63,012 nucleotides of DNA, filler included, from Reclinomonas americana ATCC 50394 (GCA_048213135.1; 4 parts of one record of this genome joined end to end with filler, not necessarily neighbours in it), one strand, 5' to 3'; counted from the first letter of the whole stretch, positions 37,014-51,205 are shown. Notes: generated by a model not told the origin, from the letters alone. Numbers and translations: made by a program.

Positions 37014-39270
37014 TTAAGCGTTGGCGAGTTTCATGTGCACCGGTGGATCGCACTTGCGCTTGATAAACTGACCAATGTACACCGGCAAGCACGAGCAAAG
37101 GGTGATGAGGCACACCTTGAGCCAGAACGTGGCCGTCAACACAAAGGCCAGATCTGTGTCGAGAGAAGGAGAGAGAGAGAGAAAGAGAGAGAACGATTAG
37201 TTGGCGGTACGGCGCGCAACACACGCACGGCTACGCACTCACCAAACTCAGACGGCAGTGCCAAGAATGACGAGAGGTAGAGCACGAGCGAGAAGACCAC
37301 GGCATACACATTCCACATCTGGATCTTGTGCAACTCGAACGCCACCATCAGCATCTCGGTGAGGATGAGGGCGGTAAAGGTGATGGAAACAACGTTGAGG
37401 AATGAGTTCTCAAACAGCGCAATGGCCAGCAGCATAATCACACCGCCTTGGTAGACGCTGAGCAGGAACCAGATGAGGAAGGTCTTCATCGACAATGTGC
37501 GACCCTACAACGTCGACACGCCACACAGTCAGTGGCAGTGATGCCGCAACACTCACACGTGCGTGCGTGCACACCTTCAACAACTCGCGATACAACTCGG
37601 GGTACGTGAGCGCGACATCGGCAGTGACATCCTCATCCAGCACCAGTGAGAAGACAGGGAACATGGTGTACAGTGTGGCGTACCTATGTGTGACAAGAGG
37701 GGAGGAAGTGGTAAGCGTCACCGAGATGACGCAGTGGGGAGAGATGACTAACCCAACGGCCAGCCAGCCGGCGTAGATTGGCAGTGGTGAAAAGTAAAAC
37801 AGCGCGGAAAAGAGCGCTTGGATGATCGAGATGATGAGGCCGCGGTGAATCACAAACTGCGCCAGTCGAGCACTCCGATTGTATGAGTTGCGCCCGTGCC
37901 AGACTGCGCGCGATCGCATGAGCAAGACGCGTGTCGCACAATGCACATTAACTCGTGGCAGACGCAACACAGGAGACGAGTAATGTGTGAAAACTGTGTG
38001 ATTGAAAAATCGGCGGCCAGCGACGCCTGCTTGCCCTCCTTGCCCTCAATGCCAATGCCAACATCGGCTGCGTTTCGCGAACAAGCAACATATCAGTGGC
38101 CCGCACGAACACGTGGGCAGGCCGAGGAGGCGATTTGCACGCTTTGTTACCTGATTGAATCATGGCTACGTCGTTGCCACCGTCGCCGACTGAACACGCA
38201 CGAGCACCAGTGATGCGTCGAATCAAGTGGACCACCAAGGCCTGTGCGTGGAATGTCAGGCAAAGCCTGGCAGCTTGCTGCATGGCTGCAACGCGTTGCG
38301 TACCTTTTGTGTCGGAGAACAGCGACAGCATACGACTGCTGGCGCGCGACATGCCAATTCGGCAAAGCGTTGACGCACACTCTCCGACAAGCAGAATCCG
38401 AGTGTCAATCCATCAACCACAATCACAGTCTCCGTGGTGGCATCCTCGCCACGCCCTCGCACACCCGTGGAATCGACTGCGAGAGATAAGTCAGCGCGCA
38501 GTGAGCAGCACAAGTCACTGCGCGCAACACAACGCAACACTGCAAGTGGCCGCGACCACCCATCATGCCGGCCAGACGATCCAACTCCAGATTGGTGGTG
38601 GTGATATCCGAGGCCTGCCAGAAGCAATGTTTACACGTGCAGGTGTTATGGCGTGCATGCAACACACTTTACAAACCATGAGCTTGAAGATAATGTGTGT
38701 GCGAGAAAACAGACGGGCACTTCGCGCAATGCAAATCGCAGTTTCCACCTTGTCGCCCGTCAGCATCCACACCTTGATGCCCGCATTGCGGAAGTTCTCC
38801 AACGACGCCTGCACCTCATCCTGCACGGCACGCACCCAGCAGGTGAGCTGAAAGATGGAGATACGATTCTCCACCACCACATACACACACACCTGCAACT
38901 TGTCCTCCACACCAGTGACGCCAATCAACGTGAGACCGCGTTCCAGGTAGTGCTCCAGAACCTCTCGCACGCGACCAGCTCGATTCTGCAACCACGACGA
39001 CGACGACGACACGTTAGGGTGGGAAGTCGGTGGCGGAGCACGCAAAATGGTACAAACCTCGATCGCTGCCTTGGCGTCGTTGTGCTGCAGCGTAAACTCC
39101 TGGAACTCGTCCTCCGTCAAGTACCGGTACGCAAACACCAGTGTGCGCAGGCCTTCGCGTGCCATGTTGTCGCACTCCTCCACGAGCCAGTCGCTGGTCA
39201 GCATTTTGCTCATGACCGCATCCGCACTGATGCGCGACGCGTCAACAACATGCTGCTTTGCGGGCACACA

Positions 39271-39301
<31 letters not shown>

Positions 39302-40417
39302 CGCACCCTTTGATGTAAAACACAATCTGACCCGTCTCTCTCGATCGCACAATGATGCCCATGCGTTTCGTCTCAGACGTGAACGGGAACACATTCAACA
39401 CTTCGTATTCCTCCGCGACGCCGGTGGGCGTCCTAAGCGTGATGGTGCTCAGCGAGCGATCCTCCAGCACCAGTTGCACACTCTCCGTAAACTAAGTGCG
39501 CGCAAGTCGATGTTTCAGCGACGCTGACATGCAATCATGGAGCGGAAATACACACCTGCACGAGAGCAACTTCGTCGGGCGACGACGCTTGGTACGTGTG
39601 CTTCCCGTTCTCGACCACCGGCGTCACATTGTGACACAGTGCAATGGCGCGCACCGCCATGGTCACGCGCGCCACGTCCTCATCGCCGAGTGCCAGACCG
39701 TTGGCGGCAGACGCTCGCGGCACAGTAGAGCGGCTCATCAGCGACGAACCTGGCACACGCATCCGAATGAGCACGCTGCTGCGATCGAAAAGCACGACGC
39801 ACACGACGCAACTGGACTCGCTGTGTGGCAGGTGCACGCCAATAGAGTCGACGTCGAGCAGACCGCTGCCGGATGCGGAGCCTTGCGGCGATGCCGCATC
39901 GGCGACGGATGAGGTCGGCGACATGACATGCGCGCCGTACCAGCCGGCCACCGCTCGCGCCACATCACTCATGGTCTCCTTCGAGAATGAGAGCACGCCC
40001 AGATGCAACTTTTTGAACACCATCTCTGCACCGAGTGCGACACGCCAAGATGAGTACGAGGCGATGCGACTGCACAACACACATCACTGCCGATTCGCAC
40101 CGTTTCGCGTCAAGGTGCCGGTCTTGTCGGTGAAGATGTATTGCACGCGCCCCAGCTCCTCCGGGATGTTGCTGTTGCGTACAATGGTGCCGGGTATGGC
40201 CTTGTCGCGCACAATCTGCACCGAGTAGAGCGTCTTGCCCATGTCGAGGTTGACACGCAGTGAAATGGGAATAATGGAGGAGAACAGGAGGGTGAAGCGG
40301 AACATGTAGATGATCCACGGCCCGTGCAAGCCCTTGAGCAGGACCAGCACAATGGCCAGCACCACAAGAATGCAAAACAGCAGCTGCACTGGGGAGGTGA
40401 GTGGAGTTGCACGCACA

Positions 40418-40453
<36 letters not shown>

Positions 40454-42692
40454 CACACATGCACAAAAGTACGTACCTTGGACAGGAAATTAATCTCCAT
40501 GTCCAGCAGGCCGGTCTTGGACTTGGGCACCGATGCATTCATGGCGGCTCGCGTCTCGCGACCAGTATAAATCACCAGGCCGACCACAGTTCCGCTGGCG
40601 ACCACAGTGTCGGCCCACAGCGTGTTCTCCACACCCAGCGACTCGACAACTTTTTGTGCCGTCTGCGATCAGAAAAGAGAGAGAACGAAAGAGGGTGAGC
40701 ACTCAATGAGGGTGTGTGTATGTGTGTGACGCACGCGACGCGCGGGAGAGACCTCAAACGCCGACGGATCACCGCCGAGACCAGTGTAATGCGTACACCG
40801 CCCGATAAATTCGTAAATGTCCTTGCGCGGCGCCTCTGAGTACACTGTGGCATCCAGCGACAGCAGGTCGCCCGGGCTCGGTAACCTCTGCGTCAATCGC
40901 ACGGCATGCCTGCGAGGGACGGCCTCCGCATGAACGACACGATCGCAACGCAGAAAAATTGGTAGGCGGGAGAAAAAAGGAGGGGCCACACACCTGAGTT
41001 TCCAGTCGGTTTCACCATCGAGTTGGTCTGTGCGGATGAAGGAGGCGCCCGACTTTTCAGTCGTCTGCATGAGGATGCAGTCGGCGGGCACTCGCTGATT
41101 CGTGTGTATGCGGATAAAGTCGCCGACTCGTACTTCGCGCCGCTCAATGGTCTCGAAACCGCGCAACGTCAAGCGTTCCACACGCTCGCGATTGGCTTCG
41201 CGGTCGCGCCTCCACCGCTTGATGTCGTCCACCGCCTCCTTGATCAGCGTCACTGTCAACACAAACGCCAGCGGCGCAATGTAGGAGAACAGGAAACCTG
41301 CGTGAATGGAAGTAAGTCGATCTACGGCAACACCATCAACAAACACCACTCACGCACCGACTTTGAGTGGCGGAAAGAACTGAGTCAGGGCGACGATCAA
41401 AAAGTAGAGGTTGAAGAAGAAGCGGAACTGCTCGTAGAGCACGAGCGGAATGAAGGTGACGGGGTTGTACTTGTTGTTCTTGGTGACGTTGGGGCAGTAG
41501 ACTGGGATGCGCGTCGATTTCTGCGACGCACCGGCCGCCAACGACGACGCCGCCGACGAAGTTCGCATCACCAGTTCCAGCTGTGGATTGAAGTAGAGGG
41601 TGCGCGGCATGTAGCGCTTCACGGTCTTGCATCCGCAACTCTTCTTCACGTAGTGCCAGCAGCGACGGCACGAACGCTTCATGCGACGCCAGCACGACGG
41701 CATCGTGGTGGCCGCCGAGTGCCGCTGCTTGTGGCGGCTGGAGACCATGAGGCTGTCGCCGGCACGATCGTCGTCGCTGTCGCTGCCGCGCACCGACGCA
41801 TTGTAGTCGTCATCTTCATCGTCGTCATCGTCATCGTCAAAGCTCAGGCGACCGCCACTGCCGCCCCCGCCACCACCGCCACCGCCGCCACCGCCTCGCG
41901 CCACCAGTGGCTCGTTCACTGAGATGTCTGATCAGAGAAACCGCACAACACACACAAGAGTGGATGGATACACACTCGCGGGGGGAGGGTGGTGTTTGGC
42001 AGAAAAAACAAAAGAGCATTCGTTACCTGATGATGAATTGGCCGGCTCGGTGTCACGCGACGGCGTGTTGGGGTTGATGGACATCACCGGTGACACTGGC
42101 ACCTCCACGGTCGTCGAGTGCGTGCTCAAGCCTGCGCACGCAAACACACACACACGCACACATGTCACGCAAGAAGAACGAATTTGTAGATTCTTGCAAC
42201 AGCGCGCAGACCTTGCGCGGCCAGACGACGATCGGCGCCGCCGAGGCCCCTCGCCGCCAACTCAAACAACTGGCCTCGCAGGTGACTCGACGAGGGCGTC
42301 GGTGGTCCACTTGTGGCAAACACGCCGCGACGAAACACCTCGCTGCCAAATCGCGCCGCCGGTGCACCCGTCGTTGTCGTCGTTGTCGTTGTTGTTGTCG
42401 TCGTCGTTGTTTGCAGTGGCTGACTGGGGGGTGTGGTGGGCGAGATGCTCCCGTCGGTGGTGAGGAGTGGAGTCGCACGGCCTCCACCGCCAATGCGAAT
42501 GCGCGGCAGTGCGGTTGCTGCCCCAGCTGCTGCCCCAGCTGCCGTCGTCGCCGTCTGCGTTGTTGTGTTGGCGGCGCCAATCGCCCGCGCAAACTCGTCG
42601 TCTGAGTCGCTGGCGGCGGCGCCAGGCACGCCGGTGCGATTGCGCAGGATGAGCTGCCGGCGTGGGCCAGCCTCGTCTGCCGCACGGCGCAT
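37014..42692 (-). CDS. ATP9: P4-type phospholipid flippase, ATP9/NEO1 subclass
   Basis: [145 protein letters not shown]. Confidence 0.96.
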
Positions 42693-43634
42693 CGTACGCT
42701 GTGAGATGATGTCGACGAAGATTGATTGGATGGAAAGCCGAGTGAAAAAATGGCGGTCTTGCTCTCCTGTCCCCCTGGGCGTGCGATTCACCGTGAATGG
42801 TTTCGGTGAGGGAACAAGAATAGAGAGAGAAGNNNNNNNNNNNNNNNNNNNNNNNNNNNNNNNNNNNNNNNNNNNNNNNNNNNNNNNNNNNNNNNNNNNN
42901 NNNNNNNNNNNNNNNNNNNNNNNNNNNNNNNNNNNNNNNNNNNNNNNNNNNNNNNNNNNNNNNNNNNNNNNNNNNNNNNNNNNNNNNNNNNNNNNNNNNN
43001 NNNNNNNNNNNNNNNNNNNNNNNNNNNNNNNNNNNNNNNNNNNNNNNNNNNNNNNNNNNNNNNNNNNNNNNNNNNNNNNNNNNNNNNNNNNNNNNNNNNN
43101 NNNNNNNNNNNNNNNNNNNNNNNNNNNNNNNNNNNNNNNNNNNNNNNNNNNNNNNNNNNNNNNNNNNNNNNNNNNNNNNNNNNNNNNNNNNNNNNNNNNN
43201 NNNNNNNNNNNNNNNNNNNNNNNNNNNNNNNNNNNNNNNNNNNNNNNNNNNNNNNNNNNNNNNNNNNNNNNNNNNNNNNNNNNNNNNNNNNNNNNNNNNN
43301 NNNNNNNNNNNNNNNNNNNNNNNNNNNNNNNNNNNNNNNNNNNNNNNNNNNNNNNNNNNNNNNNNNNNNNNNNNNNNNNNNNNNNNNNNNNNNNNNNNNN
43401 NNNNNNNNNNNNNNNNNNNNNNNNNNNNNNNNNNNNNNNNNNNNNNNNNNNNNNNNNNNNNNNNNNNNNNNNNNNNNNNNNNNNNNNNNNNNNNNNNNNN
43501 NNNNNNNNNNNNNNNNNNNNNNNNNNNNNNNNNNNNNNNNNNNNNNNNNNNNNNNNNNNNNNNNNNNNNNNNNNNNNNNNNNNNNNNNNNAAAGGAAGAA
43601 GAAAAAAAAAAGGAAGAAAAACATCAAAAATAAG

Positions 43635-43706
43635 CTCTCCCGCCGGGAATTGAACCCGGATCACCTGCGTGACAGGCAGATATCCTAACCATTAGACTAC
43701 AGGAGA
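43635..43706 (-). tRNA. tRNA-Asp (GTC)
   Basis: Reverse complement TCTCCTGTAGTCTAATGGTTAGGATATCTGCCTGTCACGCAGGTGATCCGGGTTCAATTCCCGGCGGGAGAG folds as a cloverleaf with anticodon GTC; a T-run Pol III terminator follows. Confidence 0.95.
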
Positions 43707-43892
43707 CTTGGTTATTAGCTTGGCTGAGCAAAAGAAAACTGTCGCTGAAACGCTGCATTCCAAACAATAAAATGGAGCAAAAGCAACAACAACAACAACA
43801 ACACCTTGCCTTTCATTGCCTGCTCTCTCTCACAGCCCTCTCAGTGAGAAGCAGCCAGCACCTCCAACAACCAAAAAAAAACAAAAAGAGAA

Positions 43893-43965
43893 TGCCTCCA
43901 TTGAGATTTGAACTCAAGACCTCAACATTACTAGTGTTGCGCTCTACCAACTGAGCTATAGAGGC
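43893..43965 (-). tRNA. tRNA-Thr (AGT)
   Basis: Reverse complement GCCTCTATAGCTCAGTTGGTAGAGCGCAACACTAGTAATGTTGAGGTCTTGAGTTCAAATCTCAATGGAGGCA; stem CAACA/TGTTG around CTAGTAA; T-runs downstream. Confidence 0.95.
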
Positions 43966-44201
43966 GCTCATGTCTACACATGCGAGCTGAGAGACGGATC
44001 CTCTGCTCCTCCACTCCACCCAAATGAACAAGGAATGCGCCGCCACTCGCACGGCACAAAGGAGCACAAAAGAATGACAAGAACATCACGAGAGCCATCC
44101 ATTATATTCTGACAACTCATCTTCTGTCGATGCTTGCAAACTAAATACGACACGCAAGCAAGCTTGTCTGTGCACATGTGTGCACAGCACACTCGGAGGA
44201 A

Positions 44202-44313
44202 TCATCGACGGCCAAAGGCACGGCCGATAGCATCGGCAGCGCGCACCACCGCCGCCGGTCGCCGATACCCAATGGCGATGCCGGCGGCCAGCGCCAGAGC
44301 CATGCCAACCACC
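44202..44313 (-). CDS. 3' end of a truncated gene with a C-terminal hydrophobic helix and basic tail
   Basis: VVGMALALAAGIAIGYRRPAAVVRAADAIGRAFGRR*, cut by the scaffold end. Confidence 0.4.
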
Positions 44314-44413
44314 NNNNNNNNNNNNNNNNNNNNNNNNNNNNNNNNNNNNNNNNNNNNTTAATTAATTAANNNNNNNNNNNNNNNNNNNNNNNNNNNNNNN
44401 NNNNNNNNNNNNN
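44314..44413. other. Artificial scaffold-joining spacer
   Basis: N44-TTAATTAATTAA-N44. Confidence 0.97.
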
Positions 44414-45365
44414 TGACGGGCCACTGCTCGACTGCTGCTGCGGCGGCGGGTATCCGTAGCCGTAGGCACCTCCCGGGTACCCACCACTGTTGTAGGCATC
44501 GGCCGGCGGCGGCGGCGGCGGCGGTGGCGCATGCTGCTGCTGGTGCGAGCCACCGCCGCTCATTGCGTGACCAAGTGCTGTGCGAAACCGCTGCAAGTCA
44601 GCACGGAACCCTCTCCACGGAGAAGAAACAACACAACACACACGACGCAACAGCTGCCGATGAGCGAGCCCACAGCTGCGGCTCCGGCCGTTTTCATCTG
44701 GGGTGCAAGAGGTGAGCACCGCAGCACAGCATCTCTCTGCACTTGCAAAACTGCACGCAACAAGATCACTCGCGCCACTGCTGCTGCCGCCGCCGCTGCT
44801 GTGCGGCACGTATGTGCCGGCGGGCGCCGCAGGCGCATGAGTTGACGAGGCCACTGGCGGATGCGGCACCGACGGCGCCGAGCTGGCCACCGAAGCCGGT
44901 CGTGGTGGCGGGCCTGACGGTGCACTGGAAGCAGGTGCCGGCGCTCGTGCACCCGAATATGATGGACGCACCACGCTGCTGCCGGCCGCACTCCCACTGG
45001 GTGCCGCCAGCGGTCTGTTGTTTATGCTTTGTGTAAGTCGCATTTTTTTCCGCGTTGACACATCATACAATGCAACAGCACCTGCTGGCCGGCGCCGACG
45101 AATGGTGCGACGACGACGCGGATCCCATAGAGGAGGCGCCGTATGCCGGGCGTGGCCTGCGTGTGTGTGTGTGCATGCGACGAGGTCAAACAACCACGCA
45201 ATCACGCGTGCCGCTGGCGAACACAACCAACAGTGACGCAACACTCCCGATCCCGAGCTGCTCTTGTTACTGTGCGTGTGTATGTGTGTACACGAAGCAG
45301 AGCAGGAGAGGTGAGTGTGAGAGACGAGGCAGGGAGAGAGTGTGTGGCAACGGCACGCACGTCAT
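44414..45365 (-). CDS. CHCHD2/CHCHD10/Mix17-like protein, 3'-truncated
   Basis: Spliced exons give an S/P/A-rich N-terminus, then MKTAGAAAVGSLIGSSLGHAMSGGG (compare the CHCHD2 central helix TAAGVAVGSAVGHTLGHA), then a P/Q/Y-rich linker. The expected CX9C domain would lie beyond the scaffold end. Confidence 0.6.
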
Positions 45366-45685
45366 TCTGCGTGCTCTCAAATTGATATGATATGATGAGT
45401 AAAAATAGCTGGGTGGATTTTCCGAGTCAAACTTGCATGCATGGCCGCCGACTTCGCGCCCACGCCCGTCTGCGCATGGTGTGCTCACACCTGACGGCGA
45501 ATGCACCGTTGCAAGCGAGCGGTGTCAACGGCCGTGACGACAGCGAGCCGGCTGCCGACGACGACGACGACGATCGTCTCTTGCAAGAACTTGCATGCCA
45601 CTGGCGCGCTCGTCACTAGTGCGTCTGCCTGTGCCCACAAAGCAACTCTCTCTGTCTCTCTAACTGCAAGCACAGTGCGGGCGTG

Positions 45686-48353
45686 ATGGATCTGGTCAGC
45701 GAGGCCCGCTGGCATGCGTGGGGTGCATCCGCACGTCCGGCTCACCACTTGGCGCTGGCGATCTTTGTGCTGGTACGCGCACGCTTGTATGTATGTGTGT
45801 ATGTGTGCCTGCAGGCAGTTAACCTGCGAGACTCGCGTTCCCGCAGAGTGTGCTACGAGTGCGCGGGATCGGCGCCGCACTGCAAATGGTGAACGCCTGT
45901 GGTCGCACGGATGCAGAGGACGTGGCGCCGCCACACATGGTGCTGGAGGAGTCGATGCGGTTGCGGCTGCTGATATGCATCTGCGCGGCCAGTGGTCACG
46001 TCGTGCAATGCGGTCGTCTCCTCGAGCCACTGCTGCTGAGGGATGATGACGCCGGCGATCCGCTGCTGTACTGGGCGGCGGCCAAGATGCACGCCACCAT
46101 GGGCTGTGTGAATGAGGCAGCGCGCTTTGCGGAGCTGTGCATCCGCCAGTGCCGAGAACGGTCGTACGCAACGTCGGTGACGGTACCGCTCTTGTGCGAT
46201 GCGGCCCGTGTGTTCGAGGTGGCTCCGGAGGGCGACATGTCGTGGCAGTGCGTCGAAGCAGTGGATGTGATCACCACGCATGAGCGTGTGCACGCCGTCG
46301 CCAGCACGTGCCGTCCACCGCCTCTGTTTCGACCCGCGGAGGCTGACGCGCGCGTTGCCGACGATGGCATGCTGATGCAGCTGGTCATCGACGCGCTGAT
46401 CTTGCTGGTGCGTGTGGTCCATCGCCTCGATGACGATGACACGGTCGACGACGTCAATGGGGATCTCGTGACTGCCGCTCTGCGGCAGCTTCACGTGTGG
46501 CAGCAGCAGTTAAGTAATCGTAGCGCTGTGTCTCGCGAGCCTTTTTGAGTCTGTGCTTACGTCTGTATCGTGACTGCAGGTGCAGCGGAGATGCAGAGCT
46601 GGCGACGATGGCGTCGCAGGCGGCACAACGCACCGCATTCAAGTTGCAGCTCTTCGGATCACGACAAGCGTTGCCGGCGACGAGTGTCGGTGACCACGGT
46701 CGCTTATCGTCGTCGCGTCGGCTGGCCATCTTTGCTCGAAAACTACGGCAACGACTCGTGCGTGACAGGGTGTCGACCGCAGCCGGCGTTGCAAGGTGGT
46801 GCACTCATGTCTTTCTATTTTCAATGGCAGCAAACGCACAGCGAGACCACGGTGGCGGGGTGGGGGGAGTGGATGCGGAGTGAGTGTGTGCTTCCGTCGC
46901 CGGCGAGCTCCTCCTTGTCGCGACAGCCACACTGGCTGTTTTCCGTGTGCCGACGAATGGGCGCAGCCACTTCATTAGTCTCGTCTGCTGTCGTTCCGGC
47001 GCTGCTAGTGGCGCAGCAGTGGGATGACGCCGCGGATATGTGCAAGCGCGTGCTCAGTGTGTCACCAACGGACGCAGAGGTATGCATCCCACGTGGCACC
47101 GATCATGACCTTTGCATTCTGACGCACCGGGGCAGGCCTTGCTTTGCCTTCTCGTAGCATGCACACAGCCGACGGCAGTAGCTGCGAAAACGATCAGTCG
47201 ATTGGACAAGCTAATCTCGCTGAGGTGTGTGCGTGCAGCGTCACAACCTTGGATATCCTCCCTGCTCAGTGTTGTGTGAGAGCAGCGAGCAACTCTACGA
47301 ATTGGCGCCCCACCTCTTTCGCGGATGGGAGCGTCGGTGGGCGCTATGCAGGGGCCATCTGGCTGTGGGCGCCACTGCGCAGTTTTTGCGTCATGCTGTA
47401 CCTCTCCGGCGGCAGTACTCGTCTGCAGAAGATGGCCGTCTGCGCATCAGAGATATACAACGGGAGCCACAGACATTCGCAATGCGACTGGCGGACGAGG
47501 TACGCACTCCTTTTCTCTTCTTCTAGTACGTACGTATGCGCGCGACAAACTGACCATGGTCATCAACGCAGCCGACGACTGCGGAAGTGTCAGTAGAGCT
47601 TCATCAGTGCATGTGCAGTGCGTTGCTGGGCACTGGTCTGATTACCGATGGCCTCGTGTCAATTCGCTGGGCTCTGCTGGCGGCCTGTGACACCCTTCCC
47701 GACCTCACTACCACTCTGCTCCGCCGTCTGTGCGACTTGCTGACCGGCGGTAGTGTGGCGTCGCTGGCGTTGACCGAACGTGCATTGTATGCGCTGGCTG
47801 TGCAGTACACGGGAGAGGGCGTGCGTCGTGCCGACAGTTTCGTGCGTGCCTGTCGTGAAGCCACTGCGATATGTATTCATCAAGACGTTCTCTGTGTAGA
47901 CGACAAGCTGCATTGTTGGCGGCAACTGGCCGACGTTGCGCATGACCTGCGTGATGATGCAATGGAGACGGCTGCGCTGGAAGAGTGGCAGCGAGTTGCG
48001 CCGGACCGTCGTCGCGTCCGTTTCATCCACAACACGTTCGCGCTGACCCAAGCTCTGTGCCGCAGCTGTCGCTCTCACCGTCACCTGCGATACACGAACG
48101 ACTCTCGCGCTTGTATGCCACGCTCGGCAACTTTTCCGAGGCTCGTCGCCACGCTGCGCAGGCTGGCGTCGGACCTGCACGACTACTGGCCCTGGCACTG
48201 TGGGAGGCACGTGTATCAATGCAACCCCCTCGCACCAACATCGCGTCTGCGATCCCGCATTCGTCGGCCATGACTGCCCTCCTCGAGTCCGCGGAGTGGC
48301 CGGCCGCGAGTACCGATACCGAAGTGCTACTCGCCGCCGGAGTCTTACAATAA
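45686..48353 (+). CDS. Multi-exon alpha-helical (TPR-like) protein of unknown function
   Basis: A/L-rich exons with TPR-like segments (QQWDDAADMCKRVLSVSPTDAE; IHERLSRLYATLGNFSEARRHAAQ). Exon structure only partly resolved. Confidence 0.5.
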
Positions 48354-48386
48354 ACCAAAGAAAATTGTTTACTCTCTTCTTGCCTC

Positions 48387-51205
48387 TCAGTTTATGGCCG
48401 AGATGTCGGAAGCTGTGCTCGACCGCCGTTCGTCGGTGACCTTGCGCTTATTCATTCTCTCTAATATTCGTGGATTGATCGGAACCTGCGCGCAAGGCAA
48501 ACACAGTGTCGGCAAGTCAACCGCACAGGCACAAACACAGGCCGTAGGCGTGCGACTCTCACCATGCCGAACGTGTTTGACTGCGGTCTTGATCGCGCAC
48601 TTGGCGATCTTGCGTGTATAATGGTCACCTCGTCACCATCGTCGTCTGCGGGTACCGCGCAAAGTGAGCAACCGAGGAGGAGAGCGCGAGAATGGGGGAC
48701 ACGCACCGTCGCCCACATGTCGCAGTGCCATGTCACTCTCAAAGCCCATTCGAGCACCGTTTGCTCGCAACAACTGCACAAGTCTCGAAGCGTGAGAAGA
48801 GAGCGGGTACGACATCCGCAGAGAAATCGATGCATGACGCACATCAGCGACCTCGCTGTGATCCTGCCTGACGGCGTCGCTCAGCGGTGTGTGACCCCAT
48901 CGATCGCGCGGATTCGGGTCGGCGTACTTGAGCAAGTAGCGAACCACTACCATGTGCAAACCAAAAGCGTGAACCTCACACACGCACAAACACACTCTTG
49001 CGCACACAAGCACACAAGTCACCTTCCAACTCTCCAGTGCTGCGGTGCCCCGAGTGGTAAAAGAGTGAGAGAGACACACAGACACACAACGTAAGCAGCA
49101 ATCGAGAACGCGCCAAGTGCATGCAGAGTGCCTCACCTGGCGGCCACATGCAGAGCTGTTCGACCATCCTCGTCGGGCATGTTCCTACACCGCACATGAG
49201 GTGAGCGCTTGTGCGCACAACAGATACACCATCCCACGAAAACAACGAACACATCGGCACCGCTGTTGACCAGTTGCTCCAATTCCTCCAGATCACCTGT
49301 GCATGCGATTGCATGAGCTTGACACAGCGAACGTGAATCACAAATTCAGCAGCGCACCTGTCGACGCCAACTGACACAACAAATCGACCATGCGTTGTGT
49401 CGCCTGGTTCAGAATGCGGACAATGTTGTCGTGATGCCGTCGTCTTGCATCATCCACGGCCATGCCTCCCCACCGATCCTTGACGTTGGGCGGCACACCA
49501 GCTGCATGCATGTGAACAAGAGTCACATAGAGTAGTGCAATACAAGCAAACAAGTGCACTTGCCTTCAAGGAGGAATTCGACGACCTCGACGTGTCCCTG
49601 CGCAGGTGTGTGGCACAGTGTCAACAAACCCAAACAAACGAAAAAAACGACACACGTGCAGGCACGAAACGTTGGCAGCTGCCAGATGCAACGCCGTACT
49701 GCACATATCGAAAACAACAATCGAGTGGTCAGACACAAATGCACAATCAATAGGTCACGTGAGTGCGCGAGTGTGTGTGTGCCACACCGTCCGTCACAAT
49801 CCGGAACTGCAAGTCATGCACAGTGGTAGCAGTGAGTGGTGAGCAAGCAACGGGGAGGCACTTCTCAACCAATAGAAGACGCACTGAAGAGAGCGCAAGT
49901 GCGCGACAGTGCCTGCAGCGTGTCCAGATCGCCGGAAGCACCGGCCTCGCACAGTTGTTCACCCTGCACCACGGTGTCAGTGGCAGGTTCAGTGTTTCAC
50001 CGAGCAAGCCACAGGTGCGCACCAAATTCTGTGTTTCTGTCGACGCGCCCTTGCTGATCATCCACTCGGCCACATCGTGATGTCCGGCACGCGTGGCAAG
50101 TGCCAGCGGTGTCATGCCTGCTCGGTCGACCACATTAATGTTCGAAGTTGGCAGACTGACCAGGTACTCGAGGACATTCTGGTGTCCATTCGCTGCCGCC
50201 AAGTGGTACGCCTGGCGGTCGAGTTGTGGAATGAGACCAACACCCGTGCATATCGTCACCAACTGAAGGNNNNNNNNNNNNNNNNNNNNNNNNNNNNNNN
50301 NNNNNNNNNNNNNNNNNNNNNNNNNNNNNNNNNNNNNNNNNNNNNNNNNNNNNNNNNNNNNNNNNNNNNNNNNNNNNNNNNNNNNNNNNNNNNNNNNNNN
50401 NNNNNNNNNNNNNNNNNNNNNNNNNNNNNNNNNNNNNNNNNNNNNNNNNNNNNNNNNNNNNNNNNNNNNNNNNNNNNNNNNNNNNNNNNNNNNNNNNNNN
50501 NNNNNNNNNNNNNNNNNNNNNNNNNNNNNNNNNNNNNNNNNNNNNNNNNNNNNNNNNNNNNNNNNNNNNNNNNNNNNNNNNNNNNNNNNNNNNNNNNNNN
50601 NNNNNNNNNNNNNNNNNNNNNNNNNNNNNNNNNNNNNNNNNNNNNNNNNNNNNNNNNNNNNNNNNNNAAACTCACCGTCTGTCCGTCATAGTCACCGACA
50701 AGTGGACTGGCGCCTCGACGCACAAGGGACATGACTTTTTCGAGATCACCGCTGGTGGCCGCCTCGCACAAATCCTGGCGGAGGGTGACCATGTCCGCTT
50801 GAGGCTGGCAAGAAGGAAAGGAGTACGCAACGGCATGTCAGCAGTTGGTGAGAGAGAGAGGGACAGAAGGGGGGAGAGAGTATGAGCACCTCTTCGTCAT
50901 ATGCCGAGAGACCGTGCGTCTTCTTGTCGAGTCCCTCAATCATTTCCTCCAGAGTCGGTTGCGGTACAATCCAGTTAATGAATTTCATGATTGCATACGT
51001 CCACCCCATGGTCCACGTGATGACAATGATGCCGCCGACAGTTTGCTTCCCGAGCAGGCTGAAATTTCCCGAGTACACAGCACCTGCTGGCACAGCTGGA
51101 TTCACATCGGGCGAGGCCAGCAGTCCAATGCCCAAGATGGCGCCCAACACGGCAGGTGTGCCTTGCAGCGATGTGACATCGAGTGCGTCATCGATTTGCA
51201 CACTG
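48387..51205 (-). CDS. Ammonium transporter (Amt/Mep) C-terminal helices fused to ankyrin repeats; 5'-truncated
   Basis: IDDALDVTSLQG..LGKQ..W..T..EE..GLDKKTHGLSAY (Amt C-terminus) spliced on the same contig to LCEAATSGDLEKV..GDYDGQT, followed by HLAAANGH..DRAGMTPL, KDRWGG and RDRWGHTPLSDA ankyrin repeats. Confidence 0.88.
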
